Shown: positions 43,114-53,158 of the stretch, in pieces | Layout of the letters: the number at the start of each line of letters is the position of its first letter | How positions within the stretch are numbered: the stretch's first letter is position 1 | Origin: an uncultured Thalassobaculaceae bacterium | GTDB taxonomy: Bacteria > Pseudomonadota > Alphaproteobacteria > Thalassobaculales > Thalassobaculaceae | NCBI GenBank assembly: GCA_964276085.1 | Contig: CAXYEO010000026.1 | Location: forward strand, 1,305-65,304 | Direction of reading: 5' to 3' | DNA: 64,000 nucleotides | The notes under the pieces: model-generated | The model's database searches: none | Told to the model about the DNA's origin: nothing | The model's input: the letters and a program-made list of their open reading frames with translations, nothing else | Made by a program: the position numbers and the translations under genes

Positions 43114-44240
43114 ATGATTAAATTATCCAAGATATCAACAATTCTTATTAGCATAACTCTTTTTCCAATGTGCTTAAAAGCACAAGAAACCTATATTCCT
43201 ATCCTTGTACCTGTAACTGGCTTTCTTTCTCTAGAGGGAACAGCTCAACGAAATGGCGCGATACAAGCCCTAGACAAAGCACCTAGTAGTTTAAACATAA
43301 AGTATGAAGTTTCGGATACGTCCACATCGCCAGAGGTAGCTGTAACAGCACTACATAGAGCTCTAAGCCGAGGACAACCAGTAGCGATTGCTGCACCAAT
43401 ATTTGGAACGCAAATGCTAGCAATGTTGCCAGTGGCGAAAAGAGCCAGCGTTCCACTCATTACGGTATCAGGTACAGCCAAACTAACAGAATTGGATAAT
43501 CCTTTCATTTTTCGTTTTTTCCCTGGTGATGCAATAGTAAAGGTTGCACACGCTAGATACGTGAGTGAAATTTTAGGTCGAAGCGCCCTGCGCTTCTCTA
43601 CCAAACTACGGCGTACGGTCAGAGTGGATACTCCCATCTATCTAAGATTTTGAAAGAAAACGGCACACCGCTTGTCTATGAAGAAGCACTAGCACCATCC
43701 GTGAAGGATATGTTACCCGCATTGACTAAGCTTAGAGCCTCAAAACCTGATGTGATTTTATTACACCTACATTCTGCACCAACTGCACTGGCCATCCGTC
43801 AAGCACGCAATAACGGAATTGAATTACCGATTGTAGCTGGTTCGGCGATGCATCAACCATCTACCGCAAAACTATTAAAGACTGATCAGTTGAGAGGTGT
43901 GTGTGCTGAGACAGCAGCATCGCCAATATCAGAATCAAATAGCGAAATAATCAGTTTTACAACCGAATACAGAAACCGTTTTTCAAAAGAGCCAGATGCA
44001 TTCGCCTTAGCCCAATATGATGGCATGAATATGGTCATTGCAGCTTTAAAAAGTGGTGCTAAATCTGCGATCGATGTTCGAAACTGGCTATCTGTAAATA
44101 CATTTAAAGGCCTTGCTATGACTTATAAATCTGATGGCAAAGGAAATATGGCACACGATGCAACAATCGTTTGTTACAATGGAAAAACTCGCACTCCAAA
44201 GATCATAAAAAGATACATAAATGTGGACGGTGTATTTTAA
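43114..44240 (+). pseudogene. Liv-type (branched-chain/hydrophobic amino acid) ABC substrate-binding protein, frameshifted near 43577
   Basis: ORF 43114..43653 (signal peptide, IPILVPVTGFLSLEGTAQRNG, PVAIAAPIFGTQ) loses similarity after ...YVSEILG. The frame of ORF 43650..44240 read back to 43569 gives KRPALLYQTTAYGQSGYSHLSKILKENGTPLVYEE..., the expected continuation. The length plus 1 nt gives about 375 aa. Confidence 0.7.
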
Positions 44241-44258
44241 TACTAGGCTATATATTGA

Positions 44259-45161
44259 ATGTTAGAGACAAGTATTCAGCTTTTTATTAACGGCATCTCT
44301 CTAGGGTGTGCCTATGCATTAATTACGCTTGGGTTTGTATTGGTCATCAATGCCATTGGAGCAGTAAATTTTGCGCAGGGCGATCTGGTAATGGCTAGCG
44401 GGTTTTTAACAGTCGTGCTAGCAGAGTTTATAGTTACTAATAGCGCTAGCCCCCTGAAAGGATTGGGATTAATTATTTTACCACTCGTGCTTATAAGCAT
44501 GGCAGGTTTTGGCATTTTATTCTCAATAATTACCTATAGTCCTCTAAAAAATCGCCCTCCAGCATCAGTATTTATAAGTACGATCGCCGCAGGATTAATA
44601 ATCCAACATAGTATAAACGCTGGTTTTGGACCAGAGCCTCAAATTGGTCCTGCCTTAATAAGCTCAGGGGTTATAGCAATTGGGGACCTAATCATTCCAA
44701 AACAACAAATAGCAATAATAGTCTCTGCTAGTTTTTTGATACTATTTGTCGGCTTCTTAATGAATAAAACACAACTAGGGCGCAGATTAAGGGCAGCTGC
44801 ACAAGATCCAGAGATGGCAGAATCAATCGGCATTAATGGGACACACTGTATTGCCATCACATTTAGTATAGCAGTAGCTCTAGCTGGTGCTGCCGGTCTT
44901 CTGCTTTCAAATCAATTTTTTGTAACCACAAGTGATGGAAGCCTCTTTATGCTTAAAGCATATATAGCCGTTACCCTTGGTGGTTGGGGAAGGTTGGACG
45001 GAGCAGTTATTGCAGCGATAGCCATAGGTTTATTTGAAGTTATTTTTGCAACATTAGTCTCTTATGTCCTTACCGAAGCTCTACTTTTTGTTGCCCTTTT
45101 AGTAGTTCTTTTGTTTCGCCCGTCAGGTTTTTTTGCCGAAGCGATCCAAAGGAGAACATGA
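44259..45161 (+). CDS. Branched-chain amino acid ABC transporter permease (LivH-like)
   Basis: 300-aa polytopic ORF with NGISLGCAYALITLGFVLVINAIGAVNFAQGDLVM and LRAAAQDPEMAESIGIN. Its stop overlaps the next start (ATGA). Confidence 0.85.
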   Translation: MLETSIQLFINGISLGCAYALITLGFVLVINAIGAVNFAQGDLVMASGFLTVVLAEFIVTNSASPLKGLGLIILPLVLISMAGFGILFSIITYSPLKNRPPASVFISTIAAGLIIQHSINAGFGPEPQIGPALISSGVIAIGDLIIPKQQIAIIVSASFLILFVGFLMNKTQLGRRLRAAAQDPEMAESIGINGTHCIAITFSIAVALAGAAGLLLSNQFFVTTSDGSLFMLKAYIAVTLGGWGRLDGAVIAAIAIGLFEVIFATLVSYVLTEALLFVALLVVLLFRPSGFFAEAIQRRT

Positions 45162-46873
45162 TGTCGTTGTTCTACCAAAGGGAGTTTATTCTAACTCTTG
45201 CCATTATATTAACCGCTGTGTGCTTTTCGGTAGGCGCTGACACATATAGCCAGCGTATTATGACATTATCTGGAATATATGCGATTGCTGCCGTCGGCTA
45301 TCATCTTGTTTTTGGTCGTTTGGGTTCTTTATCTTTGGCTCAAGGAGCCTTTTTTGGCCTGGGAGCCTATTCAGCTAGTCTAATAGGCGTCCATTTCGAA
45401 TTAAGTTTTTTAGTCTGCTTGTTGTTTGCGATTGGATTTACCTCCCTTGTAGCCGCCATTATAGCAATTCCTGTATTACGATTAGAGTCGCATTACTTTG
45501 CTCTAGCAACCCTTGGAATTTCTCAGGTTGCTTTATTGATTGCGATAAATTGGACAGAAGTTACAGGCGGTGCAAACGGAATTTATGGGGTCCCTCAATT
45601 TGACTTATTTGGAAAAAAATTATCCTCCTCTACAGAAATATTATTATTTGTTTGGAGTGTTTTACTCATTGCCGTTATTTTTACTTTTTGGTTAACTCGA
45701 AGACCATTTAATTATCAAATGTCACTTTTAAGAGATACTCCCGAAATTGCAGCATCATCCGGCATAGACATTGGCCGATGGCGTTTTAAATTTTTCCTCA
45801 TAAGTGCAATTTTTGGAGCAACAGCGGGGGCACTTCAAGCCTATACAATTGGTGTGGTTTCCCCTGCTACTTTAGAATTTCAGGTTATGGTTAGCATTCT
45901 TGCTATGACTATGATCGGAGGAAAAAATCATCCCGCGGGTGCTATCATTGGAGCTATATTACTCACCCATCTACCAGAATGGTTTCGTTTTTTAGAAACA
46001 CATTATTTAATTGCGTACGGAGTAGTTCTTCTTATCGCTATCATTATTGCGCCGAATGGAATAGTTGGCCTCTTTCAAAAATTTTTAATTAGTCGCTCGC
46101 ATCCTAATTACATAGATCTACCTCCGCATAATCACCCAGAAGTCTCGCATTCAAAAAATATTTCGCTAGAAATAAAAAATATTTCAAAACAATACGGTGG
46201 AATTATAGCATTAAAAAACGTTAATATGACTCTGAAGTTTGGTGAAATAGTTGGGCTAATCGGCCCTAACGGATCCGGAAAATCAACACTCATAAATATT
46301 ATGACAGGATTACAAAGACAAGATACTGGCACCATTTACCTTGAGAACACGTTTATAGAAAATGCCCCATCATACAAACGCTCCACAAAAGGAATAGCAC
46401 GAACCTTTCAAACTTCCTTACGCTCTTCAGACCTTAACGTTTTCGAAGCTGTTTTGGCATGTTCGCCCGAAAAATTCAGCCTTGAAGAACGAGAGATAAC
46501 AACAACAAGAATTTTGCAAGATTCAAGCTTAGTTTTAAAAACTGAGATTATGGCCACTTACTTATCTGCTGTAGACGCACGAGAACTTGACCTTTGCATG
46601 GCAATAGCGACAGAACCAAAGGTATTACTATTGGACGAACCTGCGGCTGGGTTATCTTCTACCGAACAGGAATTTGTAAGAAATAAGGTCCAAAAGCTTG
46701 CTCAATCCGGCGTATCAATCTTAATTGTAGATCATTCTATGGATTTTCTATTACCCGTAGTCGACCGATTAATCTGTCTTAATGAAGGTTCGATATTAAC
46801 CGAGGGAACACCAGAGGAAGTTTTATCCGATTCTAGAGCTTTAGAAGTATATTTCGGCATGCCTAAGTCATGA
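45158..46873 (+). CDS. Fused LivM-like permease (about aa 1-310) and LivG-like ATPase (about aa 325-571)
   Basis: The N-terminal half is polytopic (GSLSLAQGAFFGLGAYSAS, RDTPEIAASSGIDIGRWRF). The C-terminal half has Walker A GPNGSGKST, Q-loop RTFQ, Walker B LLLDEPAAGL and H-loop IVDHSM. The ABC signature reads LSAVD instead of LSGGQ/LSYGQ. Confidence 0.85.
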   Translation: MMSLFYQREFILTLAIILTAVCFSVGADTYSQRIMTLSGIYAIAAVGYHLVFGRLGSLSLAQGAFFGLGAYSASLIGVHFELSFLVCLLFAIGFTSLVAAIIAIPVLRLESHYFALATLGISQVALLIAINWTEVTGGANGIYGVPQFDLFGKKLSSSTEILLFVWSVLLIAVIFTFWLTRRPFNYQMSLLRDTPEIAASSGIDIGRWRFKFFLISAIFGATAGALQAYTIGVVSPATLEFQVMVSILAMTMIGGKNHPAGAIIGAILLTHLPEWFRFLETHYLIAYGVVLLIAIIIAPNGIVGLFQKFLISRSHPNYIDLPPHNHPEVSHSKNISLEIKNISKQYGGIIALKNVNMTLKFGEIVGLIGPNGSGKSTLINIMTGLQRQDTGTIYLENTFIENAPSYKRSTKGIARTFQTSLRSSDLNVFEAVLACSPEKFSLEEREITTTRILQDSSLVLKTEIMATYLSAVDARELDLCMAIATEPKVLLLDEPAAGLSSTEQEFVRNKVQKLAQSGVSILIVDHSMDFLLPVVDRLICLNEGSILTEGTPEEVLSDSRALEVYFGMPKS

Positions 46874-47595
46874 TCCATACAACCCTTTGTATAAGCGATC
46901 TCAATGGCTCTCGTAATAAACAGAAAACTATAAAAAATATTAATGTCATACTTGAAGAGCGCGAGTCGTTGGTAATATTTGGACCTAATGGGGCAGGCAA
47001 GACAACTCTCCTGAAAACTATAATGGGTTTGGAGACAATTTCTTCTGGAACTATTCAACTAAATGGACAACACCTACAAAATAAGAATGTAAGGGAGAGA
47101 GCGTATTTAGGGATTGGTTACTGTCCAGAAGGAAGGCGCTTATTTCCAGGTCTAACCGTTTGGGAAACATTAGCTGTTTCTTTTAATGGAGAAAGAACAA
47201 ACAGGGAAAAACGTATCAATGAAATTTTTGAGCTGCTCCCTGCTCTCAAAATAAAGAAGAATGATCACGCATGGTCTCTTTCTGGTGGGCAACAACAGAT
47301 GCTAGCCATAGCTAGAGCTACAATTAATAATCCCAAACTAGTTTTACTCGACGAACCTACATTGGGTTTATCACCAATAATGGTAGATGAAATAATGGGT
47401 ATTATAGACTCAATAAAAGGTGAGGGAGCTACTATTGTTATAGCCGAACAGAAAATAGTACCAAGCCTTTCCAGAGGAGATATTGTAGTTGTTTTATCCA
47501 GGGGGGAAATAATATACAAAGGGAGCCGTGGAGATATTGACCCTAAAAAAATCGCTAGTATGGTGATGAGCGGCAACTATGAAGACTATTCTTAA
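46870..47595 (+). CDS. Branched-chain amino acid ABC transporter ATP-binding protein (LivF-like)
   Basis: 241-aa ORF with Walker A GPNGAGKTT, signature LSGGQQQMLAIARA, Walker B LVLLDEPTLGLSP and VIAEQK. Its start overlaps the upstream stop (ATGA). Confidence 0.85.
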   Translation: MIHTTLCISDLNGSRNKQKTIKNINVILEERESLVIFGPNGAGKTTLLKTIMGLETISSGTIQLNGQHLQNKNVRERAYLGIGYCPEGRRLFPGLTVWETLAVSFNGERTNREKRINEIFELLPALKIKKNDHAWSLSGGQQQMLAIARATINNPKLVLLDEPTLGLSPIMVDEIMGIIDSIKGEGATIVIAEQKIVPSLSRGDIVVVLSRGEIIYKGSRGDIDPKKIASMVMSGNYEDYS

Positions 47596-47668
47596 TAAAA
47601 GATTTTACATTTATTTATTTTTATGACCTTAAAACGAAAAATGAACACCCGCAAACTAGGGATCTAAA

Positions 47669-48349
47669 ATGATCGGTGACCCAACTCCTGACCTCAATAA
47701 AACCTCAGCTCAATTGGCAGCAAATATATTATTGGATATAGAAGCGATACATATTAGGCCAGATGAGCCATTCACGTTTACGTCAGGTCGGTTATCGCCG
47801 GTTTATGTAGACTGTAGACGTATCATTTCTTATCCAAGAGCAAGATCCGCCTTAATGAAAATGGGTATTAGTCTTCTAAATCATAATGCTGGCGTGGAAG
47901 CATTTGATGCAGTAGCTGGTGGCGAGACAGCAGGAATACCTTTCGCCGCATGGATAGCCGAGCTTTTGGGATTACCCATGTTGTACATTCGAAAACAAGC
48001 TAAAGGCTTTGGCCGAAACGCACGTATAGAGGGAACATTTAAAGAAGGCGCTAATATTTTACTCGTTGAGGATCTTGCAACTGATGGTGGGAGTAAAATT
48101 AGCTTTATAAATGCTATCCGCGATGCCGGTGGAACAATTGCACATTGTTTTGTTGTTTTTCATTATGGTAACTTTCCAGAGAGCACAAAAAACCTCCAAG
48201 ATATTGGAGTTTCACTTCATGGCCTATGCACCTGGTGGGATGTACTGGAAGTTGCAGCGACACGCAATTATACTCCCGAGCAATTAAGCACAGTGAGAGA
48301 TTTTTTAGACAATCCCGATGGCTGGGCAGATCAGAACCAATTGAAATAG
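47669..48349 (+). CDS. pyrE: Orotate phosphoribosyltransferase
   Basis: 226-aa ORF with FTFTSGRLSPVYVDCR, AVAGGETAGIPFAAWIA, and PRPP-binding loop ILLVEDLATDGGSK. Confidence 0.85.
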   Translation: MIGDPTPDLNKTSAQLAANILLDIEAIHIRPDEPFTFTSGRLSPVYVDCRRIISYPRARSALMKMGISLLNHNAGVEAFDAVAGGETAGIPFAAWIAELLGLPMLYIRKQAKGFGRNARIEGTFKEGANILLVEDLATDGGSKISFINAIRDAGGTIAHCFVVFHYGNFPESTKNLQDIGVSLHGLCTWWDVLEVAATRNYTPEQLSTVRDFLDNPDGWADQNQLK

Positions 48350-48392
48350 AAACTACAAGTGCCATCGGTTAAGATAATAAAGGGAAATTATA

Positions 48393-49016
48393 ATGTTGAT
48401 CATTCATGGACGTAAAAATTCTTCCAATGTTCAAAAGGTCGTTTGGGCACTCAACGAAATGGAAACGCCCTATGAGAGGTTAGACGTTGGAGGCGAATTT
48501 GGAATAGTTAACGACCCACCGTATCTTGCTATGAACCCCAATGCCCGAGTACCCACCATGGAAGAGGACGGGTTTATCCTATGGGAATCTAATGCTATTG
48601 TTCGGTACCTCACAGCAAAACATAATGAAGGAGGTCTTTATCCATCCGACCCAAAAATCCGTGCTACGGCAGATCGCTGGATGGATTGGCAACACACCAC
48701 TGTAGGTCAGCATATAACACCTATTTTCTGGGGACTGGTCAGGACGCCAAAAAATGAGAGGGATTTAACTCTTATTGAGGCAAGCCGTCTTGGTATGATT
48801 GCAGCTATGCAGATTTTAAATGCTAATTTATCGAATAAAAATTTCGTGGCTGGCGATAAGTTTACCATGGGCGATATACCCTTGGCTATCCATGTATATC
48901 GCTGGTTCAGACTAATCCAAGAGCGTCCTAAAATGGAACATTTAGAAGATTGGTATGATCGACTAGCTAAAAGGCCAGCTTTTAAAGCTCATGTATTGGA
49001 TATTCCTTTTACTTAA
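48393..49016 (+). CDS. Glutathione S-transferase
   Basis: 207-aa ORF with the N-terminal thioredoxin-like GST domain (SSNVQKVVWALNE...NPNARVPTMEEDGFILWESNAIVRYL) and a helical C-domain. Confidence 0.85.
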   Translation: MLIIHGRKNSSNVQKVVWALNEMETPYERLDVGGEFGIVNDPPYLAMNPNARVPTMEEDGFILWESNAIVRYLTAKHNEGGLYPSDPKIRATADRWMDWQHTTVGQHITPIFWGLVRTPKNERDLTLIEASRLGMIAAMQILNANLSNKNFVAGDKFTMGDIPLAIHVYRWFRLIQERPKMEHLEDWYDRLAKRPAFKAHVLDIPFT

Positions 49017-49086
49017 AGTTATAATCAGGTTGCAACTATGTAGGTAAAAACTGCTTTATTACAAACGGTTCAAGGAAGACAAGACA

Positions 49087-50766
49087 ATGAAAGTTGGATT
49101 GTGGCTGCTGGGAATATTAGCATCACTAATGCTACAAGTCTCAGCAGATGCAAGAGCAAAGCAACGATTAGTCATTGGCGTAACGCAATTTCCTTCTACG
49201 CTAAACCCTTTGATAGATTCGATGTTGATAAAATCATACGTTTTAGCAATGGCACGGCGTCAGATATCAATAATTGACCATAATTGGGAACCTATATGCC
49301 AACTTTGCACCGAATTAGCGACATTTAAAAACGGCCGAGCCAAGGCGTTTGCCATAAAGGATAAATATGGAAACGATAGTGGAGCACAAGGAGTTAAAAC
49401 CCGCTTTACGCTAAAGAATGATATTTTTTGGGGAGACGGAACCCCCGTCACGACAAAAGACATCTTGTTCACATGGCAAGTTGGAAAACACAGAGAGACA
49501 GGTGTGGCTAACTATCAATCTTTTAGAGATATTTTAGATATTCAAATCCATAATGATAAGTCATTTACCGTCACAAACAAAAAATTAGACTATCAGTACA
49601 GTACATTAAGCGGCTTTAACGTGTTACCGGCACATCTCGAAAAAGAAGCATTTATAAAACCACGCGACTACAGGAATAAGACACTATATCAAACCAACCC
49701 TACCCATCCAGGCTTATATAATGGTCCATATCGAATAACAAAAATCATACCTGGGTCATATATTGTGCTCGAAAAGAATAAGTATTGGATGGGAAAATCT
49801 CCTGCCTTTAAACAAATACAAATCAAAATAATAGAAAAAACGTCTGCATTAGAAGCTAACCTGTTATCTGGAGCAATTGATTACATCGCGGGAGAGGCTG
49901 GACTTTCCCTAGACCAAGCAGTCTCTTTTGAAAAACGCCATTCAGACAAGTATAGAGTCTCATATAAGCCAGGGCTGATCTATGAACATTTAGATCTAAT
50001 GTTGGACAACCCAATCCTTTCTGACGTGAGAGTTAGGAAAGCATTAATACACTCTATCGATCGGACAGCGATCAGTAATCAGTTATTTAATGGTAAACAA
50101 CCGGTAGCGCACAATAAAGTTCACCCATTAGACTGGATACATACCAGTAACATTAAAAAATATTCCTATGATCCCCAAAAAGCACGAGCCTTTTTAGACG
50201 ATGCTGGCTGGAATATAATAAAAAGTGGAATCAGATATAATTCAAAGGGGCAAAAACTTCAGCTAGAACTTATGTCAACCGCAGGAAATAGAGTTCGGGA
50301 GTTGGTCGAACAAGTACTACAAAGTTATTGGAAGACTGTTGGCATCGAGATAAAGATAAGAAATCAACCTGCCCGAGTACTATTTGGTGAAACCATCAGT
50401 AAAAGAAAATTCACGGGATTAGCGATGTTTGCATGGTTATCTGCCCCAGAAGCTTTACCTCGAACGACTCTGCATTCAGAATCAATACCAACTGAGGAAA
50501 ACAATTGGTCTGGACAGAATTATACTGGTTACAAGAATAAATTGATGGACCAGTTAATTGACGCTATCGAAATAGAGTTAGAAAAGGATAAGCGGAAAAA
50601 ACTATGGGAAAAATTACAAAAATTATATGCAGAACAGATCCCTGCTATACCATTGTATTTCAGATCAAATAGCTACATCATTCCCAATTGGCTTAAGGGT
50701 ATTAGACCAACGGGTCACATGTTTACATCGACTAACTGGATAGAGGACTGGTACGTCGTTCGATGA
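49087..50766 (+). CDS. ABC transporter substrate-binding protein, family 5 (peptide/nickel/opine type)
   Basis: 559-aa ORF with a signal peptide and family-5 layout (WGDGTPVTTKDILFTWQ, GPYRITKIIPGSYIVLEKNKYW, YEHLDLMLDNP, VRKALIHSIDR). Confidence 0.85.
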   Translation: MKVGLWLLGILASLMLQVSADARAKQRLVIGVTQFPSTLNPLIDSMLIKSYVLAMARRQISIIDHNWEPICQLCTELATFKNGRAKAFAIKDKYGNDSGAQGVKTRFTLKNDIFWGDGTPVTTKDILFTWQVGKHRETGVANYQSFRDILDIQIHNDKSFTVTNKKLDYQYSTLSGFNVLPAHLEKEAFIKPRDYRNKTLYQTNPTHPGLYNGPYRITKIIPGSYIVLEKNKYWMGKSPAFKQIQIKIIEKTSALEANLLSGAIDYIAGEAGLSLDQAVSFEKRHSDKYRVSYKPGLIYEHLDLMLDNPILSDVRVRKALIHSIDRTAISNQLFNGKQPVAHNKVHPLDWIHTSNIKKYSYDPQKARAFLDDAGWNIIKSGIRYNSKGQKLQLELMSTAGNRVRELVEQVLQSYWKTVGIEIKIRNQPARVLFGETISKRKFTGLAMFAWLSAPEALPRTTLHSESIPTEENNWSGQNYTGYKNKLMDQLIDAIEIELEKDKRKKLWEKLQKLYAEQIPAIPLYFRSNSYIIPNWLKGIRPTGHMFTSTNWIEDWYVVR

Positions 50767-50820
50767 CTTCCAACCATTCGAAAATAGTAACTCTTTAAAA
50801 TAGAATATCAATTTTGCAAA

Positions 50821-51783
50821 ATGCTCAGGTTTATCATTAATCGCGCTTGTCAATCATTAGCCATACTCTTTTTCATGAGTTTTGTTATCTATTGGCTATT
50901 GGGCCTCATGCCTGGTGATCCAATAGATTTAATGGTTGGATCTAATCCTGCAATATCGACTGATGATATCAAACGATTAAAAGAACTTTACGATTTAGAT
51001 AAACCCATATTTGAAAGATATTTAAATTGGATTTCAAATGCTGTTCAGGGTGATTTGGGATATTCCAGGTTATTTTCTCAACCCGTTCTAGACATATTAA
51101 CTCCACGGTTGCTCAATTCATTAATATTAATGAGTGTTTCTTTAATGTTGGCTCTAGCCATCGCAATACCCACTGGCGTCTATACAGCAACACATCCAAA
51201 CTCATACACAGAAAAAATTATAAATTTTCTCTGCTTTGCCGGAATTTCAATTCCCCCATTTTGGTTAGCGCTTCTTCTAATCCTATTATTTTCAGTATTT
51301 GCTGGGGTTTTACCGGCAAGCGGGATGGAAACAATCAATGATGGTGGGCTAATAGACCGTGTCCTGCATATGTTATTACCGGTGGCAACTTTATCTTTTG
51401 CGACTGTTGCAGGATATACACGACATGTGAGTGCTTCTATGAGTGAAGTGCTGCAGAATGATTATATAAGAACCGCTAGAGCAAAAGGTTTATTAGAACA
51501 TTCTATCTTCCGGAAACATGCTCTCAAGAATGCATTATTGCCTGTAGTGACAATAATAGCCTTAGACTTTGGTTCATTGTTTTCTGGCGCGTTAATTACA
51601 GAAACAATGTTCTCGTGGCTTGGTATGGGTAAGACTATTTATGATGCCATCATAGGCAGTGATTATAATTTAGCATTAGTCGGCCTTCTAATCGCAACAG
51701 CTTTAACATTAGCAGCAAATATTTTGGCCGACATAACTTATGCAATATTGGATCCGCGTATTTCTTATAGGAAGATAAATTAA
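50821..51783 (+). CDS. ABC transporter permease (DppB/OppB-like)
   Basis: 320-aa ORF with MLRFIINR... and the EAA-type loop DYIRTARAKGLLEHSIFRKHALKNALLP. Confidence 0.85.
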   Translation: MLRFIINRACQSLAILFFMSFVIYWLLGLMPGDPIDLMVGSNPAISTDDIKRLKELYDLDKPIFERYLNWISNAVQGDLGYSRLFSQPVLDILTPRLLNSLILMSVSLMLALAIAIPTGVYTATHPNSYTEKIINFLCFAGISIPPFWLALLLILLFSVFAGVLPASGMETINDGGLIDRVLHMLLPVATLSFATVAGYTRHVSASMSEVLQNDYIRTARAKGLLEHSIFRKHALKNALLPVVTIIALDFGSLFSGALITETMFSWLGMGKTIYDAIIGSDYNLALVGLLIATALTLAANILADITYAILDPRISYRKIN

Positions 51784-51784
51784 A

Positions 51785-52702
51785 ATGCTTAGTCAAACTG
51801 CCAAAAAGCAAAAATACGCTTTTTGGTCTCGTTTTTTTACTAATCAGACTGCTGTGTTAAGCCTGTGTTTCCTAGTTGTTATGGTTTTAGCAATTCTCGC
51901 GTCACCTATATATGAATATTTAAGAGGAATAGATCCAAATCGCGTCGACTTATTTAATCGTTTTTTAGGACCAAGTAGGATTAATTTTCTAGGGACAGAT
52001 GAACTCGGTAGGGACCTAATGCTAAGATTACTGAATGGCGGTAAAGTATCTCTCTCTATTGGTTTAATCTCTTCCGTGATTTCTAGTTTGATAGGAACCG
52101 CGATGGGCCTGACCGCCGGTTATTTTGGAGGAAAAGTAGACGCAATAATAATGCGCTTTGCTGATACAATGATCTCTCTTCCTCTTCTGCCTCTTTTGAT
52201 CGTTTTAACCGCAATAGATTTAAATAAACTTGGACTATCTCAAACATATATAGAGATGCCTCTTTTCAGCAGTTTCAAGATTATAATAATAATTGCTATT
52301 GTTGGGTGGCCTTCAATAGCCCGCCTGGTGAGGGCCTCCACTCTAGCAGTTAGAGAAAATGATTATATTCAGGTTGCATTATCTCAAGGTTTTAGTCCAT
52401 CGCGCATTATGTCCAGGCATATCCTACCAAATGTCACTTCGCCGATAATTGTGGCAACCACGTTGACTGTTGGGAATATTATTCTTTTTGAAAGCGTGTT
52501 GAGTTTTCTCGGTCTTGGGATACAACCCCCTACAGCCAGCTGGGGTAATATGCTTACTGGCGCACAGGATTTGATATACGAGGATCCAAAACTTGCCATT
52601 TGGCCTGGCTTCTTAATATTTTTAACGGTTATCGCCTTCAACTTTCTTGGAGATGCACTGCAAAGGGCTTTAAGAACCAAATCTATCCAGATCATACAGT
52701 AA
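51785..52702 (+). CDS. ABC transporter permease (DppC/OppC-like)
   Basis: 305-aa ORF with GTDELGRDLMLRLLNGGKVSL and NDYIQVALSQGFSPSRIMSRHILPN. It starts 1 nt after the preceding stop. Confidence 0.85.
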   Translation: MLSQTAKKQKYAFWSRFFTNQTAVLSLCFLVVMVLAILASPIYEYLRGIDPNRVDLFNRFLGPSRINFLGTDELGRDLMLRLLNGGKVSLSIGLISSVISSLIGTAMGLTAGYFGGKVDAIIMRFADTMISLPLLPLLIVLTAIDLNKLGLSQTYIEMPLFSSFKIIIIIAIVGWPSIARLVRASTLAVRENDYIQVALSQGFSPSRIMSRHILPNVTSPIIVATTLTVGNIILFESVLSFLGLGIQPPTASWGNMLTGAQDLIYEDPKLAIWPGFLIFLTVIAFNFLGDALQRALRTKSIQIIQ

Positions 52703-52733
52703 AATGCAAAAAAGTCTGCTATACACTGCAACC

Positions 52734-53141
52734 ATGAGAAAAATATTATACTTTTTTGCTCTTAGTTTTTTCATTATGCCTATTATTGGATGCGAAGAGA
52801 CTATGCCCATATCTTCAAACCAACGTGAATTAAAACCACCAGCAGGAAATGGATATATTGGCGATGTTTGCTTGATAGTGCGGAACAAAGCTCCGTTTAG
52901 TATAACAGGTAGAGTAGAGTTAAAATCCCGTGAGCGGTCCAGTTTCAGACTCTCAAGAAATGAAAGTTATAAAATGTGTTTATCGGGCGAGCTCTACGGA
53001 GCCGATACAGTTTCATTTGTACTAACTAATTATTTAACTTTACCTTTATTTTCTTGCTACACACGAACGAACCGCTCGATAGACGTTTATGCTCGAAAAC
53101 GCGGCGATAGCTGGGTTTATACTGCTACTTGTCGAAAATAG
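52734..53141 (+). CDS. Hypothetical small lipoprotein
   Basis: MRKILYFFALSFFIMPIIGC has a lipobox (IIGC). The 135-aa product contains five further Cys. I recognise no family. It sits directly downstream of the permease genes. Confidence 0.5.
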   Translation: MRKILYFFALSFFIMPIIGCEETMPISSNQRELKPPAGNGYIGDVCLIVRNKAPFSITGRVELKSRERSSFRLSRNESYKMCLSGELYGADTVSFVLTNYLTLPLFSCYTRTNRSIDVYARKRGDSWVYTATCRK

Positions 53142-53158
53142 CTCTGGATCCTATCCAA

